In this document: positions 29,317 through 37,875 of the stretch, in pieces | How positions within the stretch are numbered: the first letter of the stretch is position 1 | Layout of the letters: each line of letters begins with the position of its first letter | From: a virus | Lineage: Duplodnaviria; Heunggongvirae; Uroviricota; Caudoviricetes | DNA length: 41,741 nt | Strand: one strand, 5' to 3' | Virus record (IMG/VR): IMGVR_UViG_3300045988_117301 | The notes under the pieces: model-generated | Seen by the model: the letters and a program-made list of their open reading frames with translations, nothing else | Database searches by the model: none | What the model was told of the DNA's origin: nothing | Translations under genes and position numbers: made by a program

Positions 29317-29338
29317 GGGGAGAATAAATCGACTCCCC
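29317..29338 (-). terminator. Terminator hairpin about 45 nt downstream of Q (tR'-like); may also end the lipoprotein transcript
   Basis: Stem GGGGAG/CTCCCC (29317-29322 and 29333-29338), 10-nt loop; minus strand followed by TTTTATTTAATT. Confidence 0.55.
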
Positions 29339-29380
29339 ACACATTAAACTGATTCAATTACCCCCTCAATAAGAGGTCTT

Positions 29381-29746
29381 CTAACGATCCATCTCTAGCT
29401 CAATTTCTAACATCATTAACATGCCATCAACTACACCTTCAGCCTTTTGCAATAAACGCCCAACCCAGCAATCAGAACGCCCATGTTTACGGGCAAGCGC
29501 CATAAACGTCATACCACCTACATAATAATCCACTAATAAATCGTGCAAATCGCTGTTGTTCTTTTTCAGGCGAGCCATGCACCCACAAATGATCATCGCA
29601 TCATCGTCACAACATTGCGGGCGGGATTTTACTTTTGAAGGGATTAGTCCTTTAAATCCTGCAGCAATAGACGACCAGGTGACATCCTCGTGATTATTTG
29701 CCACCCATGCCCCCCAACGTTCAAGAACCATTTGAATATCACGCAT
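29381..29746 (-). CDS. Q: Late antiterminator Q (phage 82 / QuuD-type)
   Basis: [34 protein letters not shown]...[32 protein letters not shown] matches QuuD as recalled; start taken at ATG 29746 (track start is TTG 29761). Confidence 0.85.
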   Translation of the reverse strand: MRDIQMVLERWGAWVANNHEDVTWSSIAAGFKGLIPSKVKSRPQCCDDDAMIICGCMARLKKNNSDLHDLLVDYYVGGMTFMALARKHGRSDCWVGRLLQKAEGVVDGMLMMLEIELEMDR

Positions 29747-29763
29747 CAACGTTCTCCACAAAA

Positions 29764-30759
29764 TCAGGCCAGCACGCCAATTGCCAGCGCACGATCGATA
29801 AAACGAAATATCAGCTCCAGCTGGGAGCCATACTTCTCTTCAAATGCCACGGTATCCGCATGCAGCTCGTCGTGATGCTTTCTGCACAAAGGCAACACAA
29901 AGAGGTCATGCGCTTTTGTACCCATTCCCCCCTGACCGTGGCCTATCAGGTGGTGGGGATCATCAGCAGGCTTTCCACAACATGCACACGGCTGTGTCTT
30001 AACCCAGCGTGTGTACTTTTCATTAACCCAGCGGCGACGTTTTGGGCGTAACATAAAAGACTCCGGCGACTCCGGATCCACTTTCAGCGCCAGCACCTTT
30101 TTCGCCTTATCCTGGATGATGCTGGTGGCAGGAACCGAAGGCACAAGGTCACTTTCCCGGGTGACAGACGGCACAACAGGCTTCGGTAATCTCAGTGCCT
30201 TACGGGCTGCACTTTCCGGTAAGGCATCCGCCAGGTCATTACGAATCAGCCACCAGCACAGTTCCGGCATTGTCACAACGTGACTATCATCAAAACCGAG
30301 ATCCCGACGCACAACAGACAACACCCAGCGGGCACAGTTATCCGTTGCCATTGATTCCAGCCGTTCCGTGAACTGATCGCGCAGCTGGTTATCGCAGTGC
30401 CAGCACAGACGGATTGCGCCCGGCGCGTGTCGCATTGTTGTCATGTTCTCGCTGTGCCAGTCGGAATGAGGCCACTGGCAGCCTTTTTCACGAAGTAACC
30501 AGCTTTCAAGACATTCCACGCCACCAGCACGACGGATCACTTCCTCATTGCGGAACACGGCCCGAACGGCAGGATCATCCGCCAGCGGTTGTGATGCCGC
30601 CGGAACGACACCACTGGCGAAAGATGAATAACGTTCCGGCTCAGGCTCCAGCAGGACACGCCCCTGCATAAACAGGGGCATCAGCTCTGAACCTGGCCTG
30701 AACAATACGATCCCCATACGCGGGGCAATTTCAGGGGTCAGTAGTGCTCTCACGGTCAC
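29764..30759 (-). CDS. DUF968-like protein with C-terminal HNH-type nuclease motif
   Basis: 331 aa; C-terminal [43 protein letters not shown]; lies upstream of Q as in Qin/Rac-type prophages. Confidence 0.7.
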   Translation of the reverse strand: MTVRALLTPEIAPRMGIVLFRPGSELMPLFMQGRVLLEPEPERYSSFASGVVPAASQPLADDPAVRAVFRNEEVIRRAGGVECLESWLLREKGCQWPHSDWHSENMTTMRHAPGAIRLCWHCDNQLRDQFTERLESMATDNCARWVLSVVRRDLGFDDSHVVTMPELCWWLIRNDLADALPESAARKALRLPKPVVPSVTRESDLVPSVPATSIIQDKAKKVLALKVDPESPESFMLRPKRRRWVNEKYTRWVKTQPCACCGKPADDPHHLIGHGQGGMGTKAHDLFVLPLCRKHHDELHADTVAFEEKYGSQLELIFRFIDRALAIGVLA

Positions 30760-30760
30760 C

Positions 30761-31570
30761 TCAATGAACGGTATCGAGCAGCTTTAACAGCTCAGGGAAT
30801 CGGGATTCGAAGAAATGCGGCTGCGTCTCGCGCGGATTTGCGGGACTGGTGATGTTCTTGCCGAACATGCAACCTTTCGCTGTCAGCGACCAGAATTTTT
30901 TGATGTTGTTAATCGCGGTACGGCTGTATCGTTCGCGTTGTTCAACGATCCCCAGCTTCGCCATCTGGTGATATGCCTGATTAGCCGTAAGGCGGATACC
31001 ATACTGTTTCAGCAGTGCACTCAGCGACAGCGTAGGACGACTTGAGCCATCAGGCGCGTCAGCAGGAGCATCAATGGCATAGCGCGGTGCCAGATTCGGT
31101 AAGCCAACAGCCTCCTGGAGTTTCTGACAGGCACCAAGCACTGAAGAGTTAGACAGGTTTAATTCCCGGCGCATAAAGTCCAGCAGAATCACACCAGCCT
31201 GCATCTTGTCAGCAGCCTGTCCGGATAATTTTTCCGGTGCGCTGGTTACCATGTCGAAAGTACGGATCACCTTCAGATGGAATGACGGGCTGATCCACAT
31301 TGCATAGGCATACACCAGTTCCTTGCAGACATACGTTCCCCGTTCATTTCCCCCATGAATCACACTCACCGGGTCAACACCCAAATTCTGGGTGTTGGTC
31401 AATTCATGAACAAGCTCAACAGTTTGTTGGCTGGAAAGAAACTTTCCTGGCTCCTTGGTTCTGGCATTTGCACCAGATGCTACTGCTGCGCGATGCAGAT
31501 CGTTCAGGCTGTAACGCCCATAAGCATCACGACGAACTTCAATACCATCAATGACCATCAGATTATTCAT
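30761..31570 (-). CDS. KilA-N domain protein (antirepressor-like)
   Basis: 269 aa; N-terminal KilA-N-type region (MVIDGIEVRRDAYGRYSLNDLHRAA...). Confidence 0.75.
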   Translation of the reverse strand: MNNLMVIDGIEVRRDAYGRYSLNDLHRAAVASGANARTKEPGKFLSSQQTVELVHELTNTQNLGVDPVSVIHGGNERGTYVCKELVYAYAMWISPSFHLKVIRTFDMVTSAPEKLSGQAADKMQAGVILLDFMRRELNLSNSSVLGACQKLQEAVGLPNLAPRYAIDAPADAPDGSSRPTLSLSALLKQYGIRLTANQAYHQMAKLGIVEQRERYSRTAINNIKKFWSLTAKGCMFGKNITSPANPRETQPHFFESRFPELLKLLDTVH

Positions 31571-31589
31571 ACTTCGTTTCTCCTCTTAA

Positions 31590-31979
31590 TCAGGCGGCTG
31601 CACCCGCCGGTTTCTCATACTTACTGATAGTGATCTCGACCTTCCCTTTCGGGATAACCGGTCCCCACTCCACCAGCATTCTTTTCACCTGTCTGTCGTC
31701 TTCCCACACACCCGCGTGGGTCAGGGCGTCAAACAGCGCCTTGTTATAGTTGTCCAGATCGCGGATCCGGTTATCCGGAGGAAACAACACGATCTCCACT
31801 GAAGCAGGTGCCGACGTTGGTTTCGGCAGACGACGTAACTGCTCAACTATTGCTGCGCACGCCGCGCTCTGAAATTTTCGCCCCGCCTCGCTTATCAGGC
31901 TCTTACCAGCAAATGCCCCTTTGTTGGGGTGTCGCCAGTACGTGTTCACACTGGGCGGGAAAGGCAGGATCAACTTCAT
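31590..31979 (-). CDS. rusA: Holliday junction resolvase RusA
   Basis: 129 aa; LPFPPSVNTYWRH...RDLDNYNKALFDALTHAGVWEDDRQV matches the RusA family. Confidence 0.9.
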   Translation of the reverse strand: MKLILPFPPSVNTYWRHPNKGAFAGKSLISEAGRKFQSAACAAIVEQLRRLPKPTSAPASVEIVLFPPDNRIRDLDNYNKALFDALTHAGVWEDDRQVKRMLVEWGPVIPKGKVEITISKYEKPAGAAA

Positions 31980-32302
31980 ACTTTCAGGCCCCTCTCATGT
32001 AACCAGTGGGCTGCACGCAGCCTGGCGTTCTCCTCACCGGCAAGCAGTGCGCGGATGATACCGACCGCTTCGCTGTCGTCGTCCTTCACTGCGGTATGAA
32101 GCGTTATCCCCCGGGCCACGCCACGCTTTATCGTGATGACGCCTTTTTTCTCCAGTGCGCGAAGATGCTCCACCGCTGCATTCACTGAACGGTATCCCAG
32201 CATGGTTGCCACCTCCTGATTGGTTGGCGGAAAGCCACGCTCTTGCTGGTAAGAAATCAGCATATCCAGCACCTGCTGCTGGCATTGAGTTAACGTCGTC
32301 AT
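31976..32302 (-). CDS. LexA N-terminal DNA-binding-domain-like protein (no peptidase domain)
   Basis: 108 aa; QQQVLDMLISYQQERGFPPTNQEVATMLGYRSVNAAVEHLRALEKKGVI resembles the LexA winged-helix domain; ATGA overlap with upstream gene. Confidence 0.6.
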   Translation of the reverse strand: MTTLTQCQQQVLDMLISYQQERGFPPTNQEVATMLGYRSVNAAVEHLRALEKKGVITIKRGVARGITLHTAVKDDDSEAVGIIRALLAGEENARLRAAHWLHERGLKV

Positions 32303-32952
32303 GCCGCCATCTCCCTGACAAGTTTTTCTGCCTGCTGGCGAACCTGCGCCAAAAACGCCTCACCACATGCCTCAAGTTCATCGCGCCCGATGTAGCTGAT
32401 TGCCGGTCCCTTCCAGGTCTTGTCGAAAACAGCAATAGCACCAGCGAAGAAAGCGCCTGTCGGCACCTGCTTCTCATCCTTCGGGATAAACCAGGCAGGC
32501 AGTTCAAAACCAATACGCCCGCGAATAAAAGCAATATGGTCTGCATCTTCCGGCCACCACACTTCGCTGGTGGCAGCTTTGATCAGGAAAACATAGCGCC
32601 CACCCTTATCACGCATGGCACTGGCATGTTTCATGATGTAACGCATGCCGGTGATGTATTGCCCCTCATGCTGACTGGCGCGGCTGTATGGGGGATTACC
32701 AAAGGCAGCCCCTTTAAGCTCCGCAAGACGTTCTGACCAGTCATGCGCCAGCGCGTTGTCTTCCGCCGTGTAATACGCAGCACATTTGGCGTTATCACCG
32801 TCAGTGAACAGATCCAGAACAAACGGGCCAAACAGGGTGTTAATTCCCCAGAAAATGTTGTCCGGCGTGCGCCACTGATCGCCCACTTCCTTCAGTTCAT
32901 GGGCTGGTTTGTTCCGCAGTTCCACCAGCGCCTGGCAATATTTATTACTCAT
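32299..32952 (-). CDS. Phage N6-adenine DNA methyltransferase (Dam-like, NPPY motif)
   Basis: NPPY catalytic motif (GNPPYSRA); start at ATG 32952 overlapping upstream stop (TAATG). Confidence 0.8.
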   Translation of the reverse strand: MSNKYCQALVELRNKPAHELKEVGDQWRTPDNIFWGINTLFGPFVLDLFTDGDNAKCAAYYTAEDNALAHDWSERLAELKGAAFGNPPYSRASQHEGQYITGMRYIMKHASAMRDKGGRYVFLIKAATSEVWWPEDADHIAFIRGRIGFELPAWFIPKDEKQVPTGAFFAGAIAVFDKTWKGPAISYIGRDELEACGEAFLAQVRQQAEKLVREMAA

Positions 32953-33440
32953 TAAGCCCCCACGTAATTCCCTGACAGATACCACTCTTCACCCGATGCA
33001 GCGCGCTTGCTGCTTTTCCGTAAGCACCGCTCACGACGCGTCAGAAAATTGTTTCGTTCTGGCTGGGAGTGGCTTTCACGGAATGCCGCCATCCACACGG
33101 TTGCAGCACGACGGTATAAGCCCCTTGACTCCAGTTCTTCAGCCTGGCGGGTCAGGCACAAAATCACCCGGGGATCGTTAGTGCCGACATAGAAATTGCG
33201 CACAGGTCTGGTTTCACGAACTGGTTGTGGTTCCGGCTCCTGCGCTCTCTCAGTCAGGCGCGGGAAATGTCTGCGTGTATCTCCTTCACAACGGTGAGCC
33301 ACACGCCCACTCTGACGTAACTTGCTTGCTGACTGCAGAACGCGCTGCCGTGAGTAACCTGCAAAAGCATCCGCAATGTCTCCGGAAGTACACCCCGGAT
33401 GGGCTTCAATGAATTTCTGAACTTCATTCAAAAGACTCAT
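32952..33440 (-). CDS. Regulatory protein with PerC/Pch-like C-terminal motif
   Basis: C-terminal LYRRAATVWMAAF...ERNNFLTRRERCLRK resembles the PerC/Pch family pattern (LWRRA..W....RRxxC); N-terminal winged-helix-like segment. Confidence 0.45.
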   Translation of the reverse strand: MSLLNEVQKFIEAHPGCTSGDIADAFAGYSRQRVLQSASKLRQSGRVAHRCEGDTRRHFPRLTERAQEPEPQPVRETRPVRNFYVGTNDPRVILCLTRQAEELESRGLYRRAATVWMAAFRESHSQPERNNFLTRRERCLRKSSKRAASGEEWYLSGNYVGA

Positions 33441-33442
33441 GA

Positions 33443-34261
33443 TCACCCCCTGAATCCTGCCGGGATCTGGCTGTAGTCCACGTTGTCGTAACTGGCTTTG
33501 AAGTACGGATCCTCACGTCTGGCTGCAGATACCGCAGGAACTTCCCAGGATTCTTCGAAATGACGATCCGGACCAAAGAACGTGACAGCCTGTTTCACAA
33601 ATTGTGTGCCGCTGTTACCCATCGCAGATACCCAGCCCGCATAGCGTTTCACACCTTCCAGCATGGTTTCGGGGTTTACCCCCTCATTCAAACGGGCTTT
33701 CCAGGCTTTGAAGGCTGCAGATTTTGAATTGCCACCAGCACGTTTGGGGTATGCCAGCCATGCCTGCTCAAACTCCGGAGAGTATTCCGGTCGGTTTGAA
33801 CGAACTCGCACAGACTCATCAGCAGATGCACCAACAGCTATTGGTTCATTGACTGGTTCTTTGACTGGTTCAAAAGAGTGACTGGTTCTGGGTGAATCTC
33901 CTGCACCACCCCCTGGTGCAACTCCTGCACTACCTGGTGAATTTGCTGCACCAGATAGTGAATTATTTGCACTACCCCCTAGTGAATCTCCTGCACCATC
34001 AAGATGAAGGAGATAGATATTACTTGAGTTACCTTTTTCACCTTTCCGGGTGACTTTTTTTACCAGTCCGGAATCACAAAGAGCCGCAATATGATTCATC
34101 ACAGAACGTTTGCTAATCTCGCACTGGTCAGCAATATGCTGGTAGCTGGGCCAGCACTCACCCTGATCGCTGGCGTTATCAGCCAGCTTGATCAGAACCA
34201 GTTTTCGCAATGGATTACCCACTCGAATTTTCATCGCTTTAACCATCAGCTCCATACTCAT
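33443..34261 (-). CDS. Replication initiator O-like protein (N-terminal HTH, Gly/Ala/Ser linker encoded by iterons)
   Basis: Start ATG 34261 with Shine-Dalgarno GGAGG and ATGA overlap; low-complexity linker GSANNSLSGAANSPGSAGVAPGGGAGDSP coincides with DNA iterons. Confidence 0.8.
   Translation of the reverse strand: MSMELMVKAMKIRVGNPLRKLVLIKLADNASDQGECWPSYQHIADQCEISKRSVMNHIAALCDSGLVKKVTRKGEKGNSSNIYLLHLDGAGDSLGGSANNSLSGAANSPGSAGVAPGGGAGDSPRTSHSFEPVKEPVNEPIAVGASADESVRVRSNRPEYSPEFEQAWLAYPKRAGGNSKSAAFKAWKARLNEGVNPETMLEGVKRYAGWVSAMGNSGTQFVKQAVTFFGPDRHFEESWEVPAVSAARREDPYFKASYDNVDYSQIPAGFRG
33849..33998. repeat. Candidate replication origin: three TGACTGGTTC repeats and five 18-bp iterons (consensus GGTGAATCTCCTGCACCA) at about 22-bp spacing, then an AT-rich stretch
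   Basis: Iterons at 33891, 33915, 33936, 33958 and 33981; located inside the O-like gene as in lambda ori. Confidence 0.6.
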
Positions 34262-34482
34262 GCTGCACCTCCGAGATGCTTCATGTTTTTTCCGGAGCAA
34301 AAGGCTATAAGCGGCATACTGATGCGGTAATTACGGCCCAGCGGTTCACAAATCACCTTCTGACATTCACGGTCAACCAGGCTGACACGTAGAACATGCC
34401 CTGCAGGCGTGGTGTACCACTGACCAGGACGAGGACAACGGAAAGTCTGATTGGTAAACCGTTTGAAAATATTCCGGATCAT
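34258..34482 (-). CDS. Hypothetical small protein (translationally coupled)
   Basis: 74-aa ORF whose start and stop both overlap neighbouring genes (ATGA overlaps). Confidence 0.4.
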   Translation of the reverse strand: MIRNIFKRFTNQTFRCPRPGQWYTTPAGHVLRVSLVDRECQKVICEPLGRNYRISMPLIAFCSGKNMKHLGGAA

Positions 34483-35630
34483 TTGCGCCCCCTTACCTCT
34501 GAAGGGTTCAGCGACAAATTTATGAGGCAGGCCAGTGCCGAAGCATCATTAATATAGTCATACAAGCTAACAGCCAGCGGAGATTCGGCTTTTGCCAACA
34601 TAGGATAAAGCTGCTGCAGCCAGACCTGATGAATTGATGAAATGTAGGAATAGAGAACGCTGGCGTTATGTGCAACGTCGCTCAGTACAGAGGGATTTGA
34701 AAGCTGTTTCTCCATCTGGTTAAAGGCATTGATGTATGCCTCTTTGAACTGGGCAGCACGTTTACCCGTGAACCCCATAGCAAGAAACGCAAAGCCGTCG
34801 CGGGTTATTTGATAGCAAGGTAGTTTGCGGCCTGTGCAATCGGTGTAATCACTCACCGAAAAATTGCGGGCAGTGAATGATGCAGAGCATTCAAGCGTGC
34901 GGATCTTTTTCAGTACATCGTCATGACGTTTGGAGAAGAAGTTGGCAACAGCCAGGGATGAAGTAACAGCCTGACCATCAACGATGGCAATTTCAGGTTG
35001 AGTGAGGGTTGGGATCGTAGCCATGATGGCAGCCTCTTTGGTGATTTTTAATAACTCACCACCAAGGCTTTCCACGACCTTATTGGTGGTGAGACGTACA
35101 GGGGTGGAAATACCGGTCACCAAAGAACCCGGCCCAACCGAAGTTGGCCCTGCACGCCCCACCATAATTTGGGCGTAATGCTGCTCATTACACAAAAAAA
35201 CCGCAAGAGCGCGGTTGTGCGCTTTGGTGAATTCCGGGTTTCCACGCCCGGCACCCGCTTTATAAGGTGCCTGAACAGTGTAACGTCCCGGAATGGCAGA
35301 ATCAATGTGCTGGTGGTCCTTCACACTCAACAAAATCATGCCTGAATTTCCACAAAGGACTAAAGCACTCATGCGGGTAGTCTTTGCGAAGATAGATAAC
35401 GCGCTGTGTTTCTGGCTCCCAACGAATAACATGGACATAAAGCCCTCTTCCGTCACGAAACCAGCGGTTAAGTTCCTGCACAACTCGCCCCCCACAGTCA
35501 GGTAAAGTTCTCTGTGGTTACTTACAGCCAGGTGATTTGGTAATCTGCATTCATACCGTAACAACAGGTGTTCAGCGACACTGACCACCAGCTGTTGCGA
35601 CAAACGGTTATTTGCCGTTAAACTGTTCAT
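34479..35630 (-). CDS. Rha-family regulatory protein with a 200-aa in-frame N-terminal extension of unknown function
   Basis: ATG 35630 overlaps cII-like stop (ATGA); internal ATG 35027 with Shine-Dalgarno AAGAGG precedes the Rha-like part (MATIPTLTQPEIAIVDGQAVTSSLAVANFFSKRHDDVLKKIR...). Confidence 0.6.
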   Translation of the reverse strand: MNSLTANNRLSQQLVVSVAEHLLLRYECRLPNHLAVSNHRELYLTVGGELCRNLTAGFVTEEGFMSMLFVGSQKHSALSIFAKTTRMSALVLCGNSGMILLSVKDHQHIDSAIPGRYTVQAPYKAGAGRGNPEFTKAHNRALAVFLCNEQHYAQIMVGRAGPTSVGPGSLVTGISTPVRLTTNKVVESLGGELLKITKEAAIMATIPTLTQPEIAIVDGQAVTSSLAVANFFSKRHDDVLKKIRTLECSASFTARNFSVSDYTDCTGRKLPCYQITRDGFAFLAMGFTGKRAAQFKEAYINAFNQMEKQLSNPSVLSDVAHNASVLYSYISSIHQVWLQQLYPMLAKAESPLAVSLYDYINDASALACLINLSLNPSEVRGRK

Positions 35631-36178
35631 GCGTTAGTTTCTCCACAGACACAAAACGCCACGACGCCCGGAGCTGCACACTCGCGGGCGTCACTCTTTT
35701 CTGGAGCGCAGAAGATTTTGTAGACCAGTGCTGCATGCTCCTGGAGCTTCGAAATTGACAGATACAACTCATCATTAATTGCTGTCTGCTCGTGTGGCTC
35801 CACGACCCCATCTTCGATTGCCGAACGAATCTGCTTTGAGTAATTCCCGATCTGTTCGATGACTTCCAGCAGGCGCTGGTTTATATCGGCGTTCTCTACT
35901 TCCTCAATTTCAGGAAGCGATACGAACACCCCACCAGCAGACTGTGCGACAGCATCCGCAATGTAGTGAGTGCCAGCCGCGCGCTGTAAAACCATTGCCC
36001 ATCCCAGCGGGAAAATCTGATCGCCATCTGCACGAAGGCGGTTGAATAAAGCGTTCTCTGTTACATCCAGCCAGTCAGCAGCTTCAGCGTAACCCCCAGG
36101 CAATGCCGCGATAGTTTTTCTGACAGCTTTCACGTACCACTCAGGTTGTTTTTCCACTTTCCAATGATGCTTACCCAC
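35627..36178 (-). CDS. CII-like / YdaT-like early regulatory protein
   Basis: 183 aa directly downstream of cro; GTG start with Shine-Dalgarno AGGAGG. Confidence 0.5.
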   Translation of the reverse strand: MGKHHWKVEKQPEWYVKAVRKTIAALPGGYAEAADWLDVTENALFNRLRADGDQIFPLGWAMVLQRAAGTHYIADAVAQSAGGVFVSLPEIEEVENADINQRLLEVIEQIGNYSKQIRSAIEDGVVEPHEQTAINDELYLSISKLQEHAALVYKIFCAPEKSDARECAAPGVVAFCVCGETNA

Positions 36179-36431
36179 GGCTTACCTCCTGTTCCTGTGG
36201 TTTAAACCCATTCTGGTTTTGGCTAGATTGAAAACGTGCCGGATAAAGAATCTGCATTTCGCTGATTTCACCCTTAAAAAAATTGGCCAGACGTTCTGCA
36301 AGATCGATAGATGGAATTTGTTCCAGTCTTTCAATACGACTCAGCGTCGCTGGATTGACCTGAACGCCCGCAGCAACATGCTGCAAAGTAAATCCGTGCG
36401 CCTTACGCACATTCCGTAATGGTGATTGCAT
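36171..36431 (-). CDS. cro: Cro-like HTH repressor
   Basis: 86 aa, XRE-type HTH (FTLQHVAAGVQVNPATLSRIERLE); divergent from cI; Shine-Dalgarno GGAGG. Confidence 0.8.
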   Translation of the reverse strand: MQSPLRNVRKAHGFTLQHVAAGVQVNPATLSRIERLEQIPSIDLAERLANFFKGEISEMQILYPARFQSSQNQNGFKPQEQEVSRG

Positions 36432-36445
36432 ATAACCTCCACATA

Positions 36446-36522
36446 TTGCGTGATGAGCATATTATTTCACGCAAATATTTTGCGCAAGTTGATTTGCTTA
36501 ACGCGCAATAAAGAAATGTAAT
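36446..36522. promoter_or_regulatory. Immunity control region: operator sites TTGC-N7-GCAA (36446-36460, 36494-36508), palindrome CGCAAAtatTTTGCG (36469-36483), PR for cro and PRM for cI
   Basis: Minus strand -35 TTGCGC / 17 bp / -10 TAATAT upstream of cro; plus strand -35 TTGCTT (36494-36499) / 17 bp / -10 TGTAAT (36517-36522) ending a few nt before the cI ATG. Confidence 0.5.
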
Positions 36523-36528
36523 AAACGC

Positions 36529-37221
36529 ATGAACATAGGAAATCGAGTCAGACAACTTCGCCAGGCGAAGAACATGAAAATCGCCGATCTCGCTGAAGCA
36601 ATAGGAGTGGATGCGGCGAATATCTCGCGCCTCGAAACAGGTAAGCAGAAACAATTCACTGAACAAGCCCTGAGTAATATTGCCAGGAGCTTAGGTGTTG
36701 ATATTGCTGATCTCTTTACCTCAGACCTCAAAAGTAATACTGTATGTAAAAACAGTATTAGTGAGGATGTTGCGCAGGTGAAGGATGTATTCCGTATTGA
36801 AATGCTGGATGTCAGTGCCAGTGCGGGAAATGGCCTTATCCAGGGCGGTGATGTCATTGATGTGATTCATGCCATTGAATACAGAACTGATAATGCTGTA
36901 TCGATGTTTGGTGGACGACCAGCAAATCACATTAAAGTTATCAACGTTCGTGGGGACAGTATGTGTCCAACCATTGAGCCAGGAGATCTCATCTTCGTTG
37001 ATATCAGTATCAATCAGTTTGATGGGGATGGTATATATGTATTTGGTTTTGATGATAAAATTTACGTCAAACGACTGCAAATGATACCTGATAAACTGCT
37101 GGTAATTTCTGATAATCAGATTTACCGCGAATGGGGAATTACCAGCGAAAACGAACACCGGTTTATGGTCTTTGGAAAGGTCTTAATCAGTCAGTCACAG
37201 ACCCTTAAGCGACACAATTAA
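36529..37221 (+). CDS. cI: CI-type repressor (HTH_XRE N-terminus, S24 LexA-like autopeptidase C-terminus)
   Basis: 230 aa; N-terminal HTH (MKIADLAEAIGVDAANISRLETGKQ), C-terminal RGDSMCPTIEPGD Ser motif and downstream VKRL Lys; candidate Ala-Gly cleavage site in SASAGNG. Confidence 0.9.
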   Translation: MNIGNRVRQLRQAKNMKIADLAEAIGVDAANISRLETGKQKQFTEQALSNIARSLGVDIADLFTSDLKSNTVCKNSISEDVAQVKDVFRIEMLDVSASAGNGLIQGGDVIDVIHAIEYRTDNAVSMFGGRPANHIKVINVRGDSMCPTIEPGDLIFVDISINQFDGDGIYVFGFDDKIYVKRLQMIPDKLLVISDNQIYREWGITSENEHRFMVFGKVLISQSQTLKRHN

Positions 37222-37242
37222 CCCCCTACCTCAACATCAATT

Positions 37243-37267
37243 AGCCACCAGAAGGTGGCTTTTCATT
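37243..37267 (+). terminator. Rho-independent terminator after cI
   Basis: Stem AGCCACC/GGTGGCT with loop agaa, followed by TTTCATT. Confidence 0.6.
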
Positions 37268-37277
37268 ACCCACCAAA

Positions 37278-37329
37278 TTGCTTATCTCGCAATAAAACAC
37301 TTGCATAATGCGCAACTTCATTTTATCTT
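37278..37329 (+). promoter_or_regulatory. OL/pL candidate: two operator sites TTGCTTATCTCGCAA (37278-37292) and TTGCATAATGCGCAA (37301-37315) with -35 TTGCAT and -10 TATCTT
   Basis: Same TTGC-N7-GCAA motif as in the cI-cro intergenic region; 17-bp promoter spacing; rightward toward the early-left genes. Confidence 0.4.
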
Positions 37330-37740
37330 TCTCTCCAGACCTACAAACAAGGTACTAACAAAATTTGGTTGTAACACGGCGTATGGCACATGCGTCGTTA
37401 GCGGTCTGGGGACGTTAAAGGGGACAATCCACTCCTTGCTCGGGCAAACAAACCAGGTAGCCGGAATGTGCAAGTCAATGAGGATGCTGATAAGACGCCT
37501 AACCAGCGTGGCGATCCGGTTTGACGCCTGGGAAGAGACCAGGGTGCAACGATGAGGGCATTTATGGAACCGCGACAAAGTGTGGTGCCGTAACTGGCTA
37601 AGTGCTCTCAGCGTTGTGGTAATCCGCGAAATGGCGCGGCGGTAAGTATGGCGGGGTTACTCTTTCCCCGTTGAGGACACCGGATTGTCAGGTTGACCAT
37701 ACGCCTGAGTGACAACCCCACCACAACAGCCACTGCTTTG

Positions 37741-37788
37741 GCGGTACCAGTTTGTACACTTGCTTCCGGCTGGTACCGCTCTTTTTAC
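37741..37788 (+). terminator. Strong hairpin plus T-run in the early-left leader (tL-like terminator)
   Basis: Perfect 10-bp stem GCGGTACCAG/CTGGTACCGC with 19-nt loop, followed by TCTTTTTAC. Confidence 0.45.
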
Positions 37789-37875
37789 AAAACAGAGAAG
37801 AGCATCACCGGACGACGGGCTCATAACCCAATCCATCCGGGCGGCTGCCACCGCAGGTGTTCTTCTCTGTTTTGT
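37787..37875 (+). other. Long imperfect inverted repeat (18-bp arms, 17/18 paired, 53-nt structured loop); candidate structured RNA or regulatory element
   Basis: ACAAAACAGAGAAGAGCA (37787-37804) pairs with TGTTCTTCTCTGTTTTGT (37858-37875); no ORF explains it. Confidence 0.3.

Noticed and set aside
37301-37555. 84-aa ORF in the early-left leader as a possible N antiterminator
   Set aside because: TTG start exactly on an operator site, no Shine-Dalgarno, not Arg-rich, no similarity to N proteins; it overlaps other equally weak ORFs.
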